A stretch of 64,000 bases of DNA from Macrostomum lignano (lineage: Eukaryota), in the NCBI GenBank assembly GCA_002269645.1, contig NIVC01000012.1:1659362-1723361 (forward strand), in the 5' to 3' direction. Numbering within the stretch: position 1 is the stretch's first letter; every line of letters starts with the position of its first letter. Shown here in pieces: positions 47,704-64,000 of this stretch. The notes under the pieces are model-generated. The model made no database searches. It had not been told where the DNA came from and saw only the letters and a list, made by a program, of their open reading frames with translations. Both the position numbers and the translations under genes were made by a program.

Positions 47704-49379
47704 CAAACTTCTTTTTTGTGTCATAATAAATAAATTAAATATATTGCTTTGGTTATTCTTAGTAAATTAAAGGATTAAAATATCAGACTTGAAATTTCTT
47801 TTTTGTACTACTAAATCTTTTTATTCATTTAAAAAATCTAATTGAAGTGCATTATCTCTATTTTTAAATGGCTGTACAGATCAGCCAGTATAATTTTATT
47901 TGCATTAATAATAAATAAGTGTTTTGCTTTCAGAATAATTAAAGAAGTATAAAGCTGTCATATAGCTTATAACTAAAGTAAAAAGCATGTGTCGTTTGAA
48001 CTTCTGACATATGGTTTTTGTCATTTAGTATTAGTATAGTATAGTGGATCAAAGCCCACTAGTATCACAAAGCACACTAGTATCACATGCTAAAAGTGGA
48101 AGGTTGTAAATGTGTCCTTCCCACTTTGAGCAATAGGATCTAAAAGCTTCGAGTCTAAAAGCACTAACTAATTTTTTCTACATTTTATAAAATTAGCTAA
48201 TTCTTGTTCTAGTTTTTATGCATGCATATACATTATAAAAATCCTAAATTATTTTACGCGTTCATTCCTTCTGTAACTATTAACAATAACTCTTTTAGTA
48301 ACTTAAGATTTATAGAAATACTGGATATGATCAGCCATACAAAAGATGCTCGTATTTGATTGTTTTTTTCGATAAAGTATCTGTGTAATAATAGATTAGT
48401 TTTATAAAAAGAGCGATTACTCTTCAATTCAAATGTATGCATATTTACACTAGAAGTAAACGTTAAAACGAATTTTTATTAGTTTTGCCCGAAAAACTAT
48501 TTATTAAAACAATAAAAGTTATATAGTAAAAGATTTAAAAAGCAATAAAATTTTTAAATAGAAGTTTTTGCAGACATTGACACTAAAATTTTCATTGCTA
48601 CGAACTCCATAGTAAATTTGACTGAAATAAACATACGAAAACTTAAAAATTAAACTTATCTAAATTTTTCTTTATGATTTCCGTTAGTTATTAAGTTAGG
48701 GAATCAAATGAAACCTTATTAGCCTTTAGTGTTCGGGTATTAGAGTTACATTCTCAAAATCGTTACAAAATCGATTTTGTCTCTCTTTAACTAGGGTTTT
48801 CTGTTGCAGCAGCTTTCTATAGTTTCAGTTAAACAATTTAAGAAATTTTGTCCATTCAAAGCCATATGTTGTTAATAGCCACAAATACTCTGCATTTAGC
48901 ATTGTTTTCCCATCCTTTATGTCAAATTAGTCATGTTATCAGTATTTATTAGGGATTTGACTTAAGCATATTGTAGACACCTAGGCTAAATTTCTATTCA
49001 AATATCTAAGCTTATTTACAGCCTGTAGAAATGAAATTAAATGAATCAAATGACAAATAGACCCTTATTTGATTTCCATATAACAAATAAATTACATATA
49101 AATTGTCTAGCTAAATAGCTAAAATTGCTAATCTAATTATTTTTTATATCAACAATTTCAAGACTATTTAGTTTAAGACTTCTTGTAATTGATTCACAAA
49201 AAAATAGTTTTTTTGACCAAAATGAGAAAATGCTGGTTTAAATAAAAAATAGCTCTACTAAGCTCTCTTATATAAGATTTATGCTTCTGTTAACAATTAG
49301 ATTTTTAAAATAGACTCTACTTTAGTTTATATTATTTTTATTGAAAAAATCATCCCTGTTGCCTTAATTTGCGAAAAAT

Positions 49380-49441
49380 CATTAACAGTATGAATTTGCG
49401 AAAAGTCGGTCAACTAACAAGGTTCATTTTTAGTATATAGA
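49380..49441 (-). mobile_element. Helitron 5' terminus fragment
   Basis: Minus strand A|TCtatatactaaaaatgaac at 49441; 3' end not found. Confidence 0.5.
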
Positions 49442-49766
49442 TTTATTTCATATATTTTTATTAAACATTATATTTTTCAAATCAAAACAAGCAAACAATT
49501 AGAATGATTTTAACTAGCTTAACAAGTTTAATAAGTTTATATAAAGTGATAAATTTTGTGCATATTTTGTTTTTCTATGCATTAATTAAGGTTATAATTG
49601 CTGAAAAACTTTTAAGTTGAGCTCAGAATTTTATTTAAATAATCTCAATCAAGAAAAATTACTTTACTGTTTTTGTCACTGTTTTATACTACTTTATATG
49701 TGCTCTTGTGAGCTTCAAATAATCCTACCTCACATACCCCCCAACACTAATTTTCATTGCAATCAG

Positions 49767-50787
49767 GAGGCCTCAACATACTACTCGCTACGAGGGGCTG
49801 ACATCGCCCCGTCTTGTCCTGCGTCAGCCGCAGCCACTGCCGCTGGCGCAGCCGGCTCGGCGCATGAGTTCATCGATTTTGAATTCTCCGATTCGGACAC
49901 CTACTCTGCTGAGATTGCCGAGCTCTACAGCTACTCGGAGGAGAGCGAGCTCGCGGAGAACTATCGCTGTTTTAGTCGGCTGTTCGCTCAACGAAGGAGA
50001 TTGGCTGGTCGATGGCTGGACACAGACGATGAGGAGAGGAGCGGCTTCATACAGGGACTGCTGGACGGACTGGAGGTGAGAACAGAGAAGTGACAGGATG
50101 GGGAAGTGACAGAATGGGGAAGTGACAAAATGGGGAAGTGACAGAATGGGGAAGTGACAGAATGGGGAAGTGACAGAATGGGGAAGTGACAAAATGGGGA
50201 AGTGGCAGAATGTGGAAGTGACAGAATGAGGAAGTGACAGAATGGGGAAGTGACAGAATGGGGAAGTGACAAAATGGGGAAGTGACAGAATGGGGAAGTG
50301 ACAGAATGGGGAAGTGACAAAGTGGGGAAGTGACAGAATGGGGAAGTGACAGAATGGGGAAGTGACAGAATGTAGAAGTGACAGAATGGGGAAGTGACAA
50401 AGTGGGGAAGTAACGGGAAGGGAAAATATGAAATAGAGTAAAATTGACATATTGAGAGGAGTGACAGGATGGGGGACAGTGGAGGTACGTGGTGATACGA
50501 GCGTACGTATATACTTTGTAAAAACTTTATACTCAAGTGTAACAAATACGGCTTACGGCTTTCTATTTGTTAAACACTCAGGAGAGCCCAGCGGGTCCCC
50601 AGCGCCAGTCGCTTCTCCGAGGCCTGTTGTACCTGGCCCAGGGGGTGTGGGCCGAGTGCCAGGTGCCAGCTGATCAGCTGAGCTGGGCCTGGCGCAACTG
50701 CAGGCTGCTGATATGCAAGGACGCATTTTATGCAGCATGGAGTCTGCTGTCTGATGCTGCATCTGCGGAGGCTGAGCCGCCGAAGAC

Positions 50788-50828
<41 letters not shown>

Positions 50829-53800
50829 CTGACAGTTGCGCAGAGCTGCGAGTGCTGCTGAATTTAATGTACACTCTGCTTGAGACTGCTAGGTGAGCAG
50901 GTTACCTTATGCTACTTAATGTACTGGTATAGTAGCAGATTAGGGAAATTGTTAATTTAATTTAAAATTTATTCAAAAATTACTTTTTATAACTGCAGTT
51001 CTGATACTGACTACGTTCGTAGAAGCTTAATATCAATCTCAAAAACCCAAACCCGTCGACATTCTTTAACCAAGTCTATCCCAACACTAATACCAACTTC
51101 AACTCTCACATTATCGCCCCAATGCTCCAACACCCTAACAAACCCTCAAACCCTATGACATAACTGCCCAACACCCAAATGCCCCAACACCCAAATGCCC
51201 CAACACCCCAACGCCCAACACCCCAACGCCCCAACACCCCAACGCCCCAACACCCCAACGCCCCAACGCCCCAACACCCCAACGCCCCAACGCCCCAACA
51301 CCCCAACGCCCCAACGCCCCAACACCCCAACGCCCCAACACCCCAACGCCCCAACGCCCCAACACCCCAACGCCCCAACACCCCAACAACCCCTATGCCC
51401 CAACGCCCAACACACCAATGCCCCAACACCCTAACAACCCCTATGACACAACTGCCCAACACCCAAACGCCTCACCACCCCAACACCCCAAAACCCTAAC
51501 ACCCTAACGCCCCAACACCCCAAAACCCCTATTCCTCAACGCCCTAACGTCCCAACACCCCAACAACCCCTATGCCCAAAGCTCCAATACCCTAACGCCC
51601 CACCGACCCAACTTCCCAACACTAAAAAGCTTGAAAGATTGGCGCCCCAAACCCCGAACCCGGAACTCTTCGTTCACCACACCCAATCCGTCCCTATTCC
51701 AGAGCTCACCCGGAAGCGGAGTGCTCAGTCAGGGAGAAGCTGCTTAGCGATCTGCTCGACCCCAGTCAAGCCAAACCCTTGCCAGTGTTCCTGCTCAACA
51801 TGGTGACAAAGTTCTGCGCTGGTCAGTTCAGCCAACAGTTCCCGGTGAAGAAGGCTCTCCTGCTGCTGTGGAAGGCCAGCCTGCTCACCCTCGGCCCTCT
51901 AGCCGACATTCACGAGCGTCGGAATGCGGCGCGTCGAGCAGCCGGGCTGTCGCCAATCGCCGAAGATACTCAGCGAGTTTGTCGCGCTATGCGGCCGTGC
52001 AGTCCGCCTCCACCGTCGGTGTGGACGGAGCAGATCCGCAGCAGCAGAATCTGGTGTTTGTCATGCCGAGGCGCGGGCCGGCAGAAAGTCGGCTGCTGCA
52101 TCTTCAGCGGCGGCCGCTGCTGCGGCTGCTGCTGCTGCTGCTGCTGCATCGTCGTCTTCTGCAGGAGCACAGGATCCTACTGATCTTGCTGATAAAAGAA
52201 ATGAACAATCGGAGCAGCGCAAACGACTATTACCATGGCAACCGAAAGTTTCACAGCGAGAGTTACAGGTAGTTAATTTGTAATATTGTATATCGCTAAT
52301 TGAAATATGTTTTCAAGTTTTTTTTACCGAATGTTTGTCCGTTTATGGAGTAAAATACCAGAATTTATTTCTTATGAAAATTATTTTAGATTTTGTACAT
52401 TGAGGGGTAAAAAAGAAGTTTAGACTGTGCGTACAATGGGGGTAAGGAAGGAATTTTCTAGACTGCGCGTACAAGGGGGGTAGAAAAGAAGTTTCTAGAC
52501 TGCGCGTGCATTGGGGGTAAGGAAAAAGTTTAGCGCGTGTGTACATTCGGGGTAAGGAAAGAAGCTTCTAGATTGTGCGTACAATTTGGGTAAGGAAAGA
52601 AGTTTCTAGACTGTGCGTACACTTAGGGTAAGGAAAGAAGTTTCTAGACTGCGCGTACAATGGGGGTAGGAAAGAGTCCAGAGCGTGTGTACATTCGGGG
52701 TAAGGAAATCGGTTTGCGCGTGCTGCGTACATTAAGAGCTGTTTAAGGCTTGCGCCTCGAAGTCAACCCTAGCCAATTTTATTATCAAATCAATTAGCAC
52801 TATCTGAGATGAATCAAAATGCAATTAAACCTTTCCAGGCCTACCTGCATCAGGTGCGCGAAAAATTTCTTGGCGCTAGAGCAGCCGCAGCCGCCGCAGG
52901 CGACACCGACAGCCTCGCCGGTCTGCCCCGGCCGATCCACGAGAGTGTCGCTGTGCTGAAGGCGCACCTGTACATCAGTCTGGCCGAGCTGCAGATGAAA
53001 CGCGAAGACGAGATCGCCCGGTACCCGATGACCAAGGGCCGTTCCGAGAGGGTTGAGTGTACACCAGCCGAGCTGCTGTACAGAGCTATGCTGCCCAGCG
53101 TTCCGCAGTACATGATTGCTCTGCTGAAGGTTTGACCGCCGACTGCTGGGTCTTTAATCGTTTGTTACATCTGTTAGTTAGTTAATTAGCTCTTATGATG
53201 GCTTATTAAAACGACAGTACGACTTCCAGAGTCCAGAGTTTTTGTCGCGACTTTTTGCACTCAAGTCTAGATTAATTATTGCATCAACTCGAAATGAAAT
53301 CTAGTGCATCTGCATCTAAATTCATATTAAATACATATGGAACCCAGATTTAAGTACACCTGCACTTGAAATCAGTTTAGAGTACACCTGAACTAGATGT
53401 CATTTAAGTTCACGTGAACTTGAACTCAAATTTAAGTACACGTGAACTTGACCTTAGACATAAGTGCATCTGCACTCGAACTCAGTTCCAAAGATTCGTT
53501 CTCCCCCCTCCACAACCTCAAAGATTCTCCTAGCAGCAGCGCCAACAAGTAAAAGTAAAACGGAAAGCATCAACCTGAGCATGGAGCTGCTCCAAGAAGA
53601 CCTGCCTAGCAGCCTATCGAATTCTCAGAGACTCAGCACGGACGTCAACCGGCACAAAGAAGTGATTGCCAAATCCGTCTCCGGATTTCTGCTTCTATTG
53701 TTAAAACACCTGAAACTCAGCCACGTGTACCAGTTTGAGTACATCGCCCAGCACCTGGTGTTCGCTAATTGCATCCCACTGATACTGAAGTTCTTCAATC

Positions 53801-54918
53801 AGAACATTGCTGGCTATGTGCAGAATTCCAATAGACTGTCCGGTTTTGAGTTTCCCGAATGCCTGTTTCGGCCAGACGATTTCGAGTTGTCCGAGGATTT
53901 TGCGTCGGCCACGACTGGCTGCAGCTGGCGCAACATGTTCACCTGCTTGTGCCTGGCCAGGGTGCTGAACAAGCTCGCGAAGGCAAAGCACAGTCGCACA
54001 ATGATGCTGGTTGTGTTTAAATCCGCGCCAATCATTAAACGAGCCCTGCGGGTTCGGCACCCCATGCTGCAGGTGATTTTTATTTACACGAGTCTGCGCG
54101 GAAGTAGTCTGCCCCTAGAATCTACCCCCATTATTTACCCCAAGAGTCTACCACTAAAATCTACCCTTAAAATCTACTCTTAGATCTACCCTCATTATCT
54201 ACTAATCCACCTCAAAAATTTTCTCTACGAATCTACCCCAAAAATCTACCCCAAGAATCTACCACTAGAATCTACCCAAAGAATCTACCACTAGAATCTA
54301 CCCCAAGAATCTACCACTAGAATCTACCCCAAGAATCTACCACTAGAATATACCCTAAGAATTTACTATTAGAATCTACCCTCATTATCTACCCCTAGAA
54401 TCTTTCTCTAGAATCTTACCCCCAAGGAGTCTGCCCCATCGCTACTACTACAGTAGGAAACTACTCACAGGGCCACTCTACACATTGTTCTACTTCTAAC
54501 CACCAAATTTTCAGCTCTACCTGCTCAAGCTACTAAAGCTGCAGACTAAATACCTGGGCAGGCAGTGGCGCAAAGTCAACATGAACTTGATGTCCTGCAT
54601 CTACGAGAAAATCCGTCACCGACTCACTGACGATTGGGCCTTTGCCAACGATTTAGACGCTCGACCTTGGGATTTTCAATCTAAGGAGTGCAGCCTGAGG
54701 AACGCTGTGGACAGGTTTAACCATAGACGGTACGGTCTGGGCGACCCAGCCCTCCCGAAGGCTACCAACCGCTTGACAACAATTTGAGTAGCGTGCTCAG
54801 CAGAGAAGTGCCCTTGGCGCCGGACTTTTGTCACGGCGGCTACGAGATGTGGCTTGAGCAGGAAGTGTTCTCAACTCCCATTAATTGGGATCTAGTGTTG
54901 CAGACGATAGCTTATTGA
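49767..54918 (+). CDS. STRIP1: striatin-interacting protein (STRIP1/2, FAM40); first exon not located; about 3 single-base frameshifts
   Basis: Exons 49767-50075, 50582-50892, 51703-52268, 52839-53129, 53524-54072, 54515-54918; motifs DFEFSDSD..AEIAELYSYSE, LPWQPKV, QHLVFANCIPLILKFFNQNI, KYLGRQWRK..M, DDWAFANDLDARPWDFQ, W.EQEVFS.PINW. Confidence 0.95.
50088..50430 (+). repeat. 16-bp intronic minisatellite (gacagaatggggaagt)n
   Basis: Direct inspection. Confidence 0.95.
51110..51620 (+). repeat. 9/18-bp C-rich intronic repeat (ccccaacgc/ccccaacac)n
   Basis: Direct inspection. Confidence 0.93.
52375..52735 (+). repeat. about 38-bp degenerate intronic repeat
   Basis: (ggggtaaggaaagaagtttctagactgcgcgtacaat)n. 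Confidence 0.85.
54100..54440 (+). repeat. degenerate intronic (ctaccactagaatctaccccaagaat)n repeat
   Basis: Direct inspection. Confidence 0.8.
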
Positions 54919-54957
54919 AGAAGGAACTTCGTGCGTTTGGAAAGTTATTTAACACTT

Positions 54958-55200
54958 GAATTCTCATTGGCTGAGAGCAATTCTTTGGTTGTCATTGGCT
55001 GAGAGCGTTTTATAGATTCTCATCGGCTGAGAGCGATTATGGATTCTCATTGGCTGAGATCGATTTATGGATTCTCATTGGCTGAGAGCCATTTTTTATT
55101 TTTATTGGCTGAGAGCAGTTCCATGATTCTCATTGGCTGAAAGCGGTTCCTTGATTTTTATTGGCTGAGAGCGAGTCTTTGATTCTCATTGGCTGGGGGA
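54958..55200. repeat. about 28-bp spaced repeat of a CCAAT-box motif (ctcattggctgagagc)
   Basis: 8 ATTGG copies plus one ATCGG variant. Confidence 0.85.
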
Positions 55201-55929
55201 GATTCTTTGAAGCCTGATCGACCAGTTGATTACTTATATCTAAATATGAATCTTTATAAAAGAGATTAATAGTTATGCGTGAAGACTGACAACTTATTCT
55301 CTTTGCCTATAATTATATTTTGAATTTTTTAAAAATGCGTTAGAATATTTCCAGCGCAGTATTTGTTGCAGCACTTTGTTAAGGAAGGAAATTTACACTT
55401 TGAAATTCCACAATTTAGTTCAATAGTCTATTAATGTCTGTTTAGTGTCACAGTGTCTTCTTTGTTCAACTTTTCCGTTTTCACGTGTCTTTTGCACTTG
55501 TTCACCTACCTAATCTCTCTTGAATTTTACACCTTTCTGTGAGCTAGCATTTGTTTTAGCGATTATTTTTGCATGCTTTTTGTGTTGTCGTTTGAAGTAT
55601 GTCATTTTGACACTTTGCATCTAAGTCATTGTTGGCGTCTATGATTGACTTAAAAAAGTTCACTTTGAATTTTTTACTATTTTTAAAGCCGTTCTATCAT
55701 TCGTCCCTGTCAGTCGCTAATAACTGTTCTTAGTAGTTTCACCTCTTTTACGCAGAGTTTTGACAGTCTCAGAGAAGTGCATTCCATCTGTACTTTTCTT
55801 GTTCTCTTAGTATTTGCAGATGAGACCAAATCGACAATATTAAGCTGCAATCAGTTTCCTGTTGTACTGTTTTGCGTAAACTGTTCAGTGATTACTTTTC
55901 AGGCATATTAACTGTTCAGGCATTATTTA

Positions 55930-56370
55930 AAAGAGAGTAGAGAGGCAGATTCTCAAGGATTGAGGGAGAGTAGAGAGGCAGATTCTCAAGGACTGAGGGA
56001 GAGTAGAGAGGCAGATTCACAAGGACTGAGGGAGAGTAGAGAGGCAGATTCTCAAGGATTGAGGGAGAGTAGAGAGGCAGATTCTCAAGGACTGAGGGAG
56101 AGTAGAGAGGCAGATTCACAAGGACTGAGGGAGAGTAGAGAGGCAGATTCTCAAGGACTGTGGGAGAGTAGAGAGGCAGATTCTCAAGGACTGAGGGAGA
56201 GTAGAGAGGCAGATTCTCGAGGACTGAGGGAGAGTAGAGAGGCAGATTCTCAAGGACTGAGGGAGAGTAGAGAGGCAGATTCTCGAGGACTGAAAGAGAG
56301 TAGAGAGGCAGATTCTCAAGGACTGAAAGAGAGTAGAGAGGCAGATTCTCAAGGACTGAGGGAGAGGGAG
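55930..56370 (+). repeat. 33-bp minisatellite upstream of DNAH1
   Basis: (gagagtagagaggcagattctcaaggactgagg)n. Confidence 0.97.
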
Positions 56371-56566
56371 AGAGTTTTAAGCGAGCTATATTTCAGATTT
56401 TGCCATAAAAAAAGCAGCACTCACTGTATTTGCATTCCAACATACCCAAACATTGCATGCCTATTGAGTTCGTCGCGTACTAAATAAAGTCTTCATTGCT
56501 ACAGCTAGCACCTAATAAAGCGCTGTGCTTCTGCCACTGCCGATATTTTGTTAGCAACAAAACAGT

Positions 56567-64000
<7,434 letters not shown>

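Noticed and set aside
50790-52150. CAG/CTG trinucleotide runs as a separate feature
   Set aside because: Short polyQ and polyA tracts within STRIP exons; ordinary.
56545-56562. RFX X-box before the DNAH1 ATG
   Set aside because: Only the half-site AGCAAC matches; insufficient.

Overview
Eukaryotic (animal) genomic DNA with spliceosomal GT-AG introns, GC-rich exons and a very high density of minisatellites. The style suggests a free-living flatworm such as Macrostomum, which is inference only. Host genes that can be reconstructed: an intact 11-exon Mx-like dynamin GTPase (19536-25893, +), a convergent IFITM/CD225 (dispanin) gene (30650-31282, -), a 7-exon ankyrin-repeat gene (42429-47703, -), STRIP1/2 (49767-54918, +) and the 5' part of axonemal dynein DNAH1 (56567 to window end, +). 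The left end holds a co-oriented minus-strand block of frameshifted genes (HROB-like OB fold, possible BEN-domain gene, an unknown gene), split by an 11-kb array of three head-to-tail non-autonomous Helitrons. A second Helitron array lies at 35365-41990 (-). Four of the five Helitron units carry a tRNA-like Pol III cassette followed by a unit-specific satellite. Most interesting: (1) an Mx + IFITM-like neighbourhood in an invertebrate; (2) three Mx intronic minisatellites built on kB/Rel, STAT-GAS and AP-1 consensus sites; (3) a TKxD-to-TFPD change and a roughly doubled L4 loop in the Mx protein; (4) precise CTAG|TC Helitron junctions suggesting insertion at the 5' end of resident copies. Conserved STRIP and DNAH1 exons also contain single-base frameshifts, so indel errors are probably present and frameshifts cannot be taken as proof of pseudogenisation. 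Protein family calls come from recalled motifs, not database searches.
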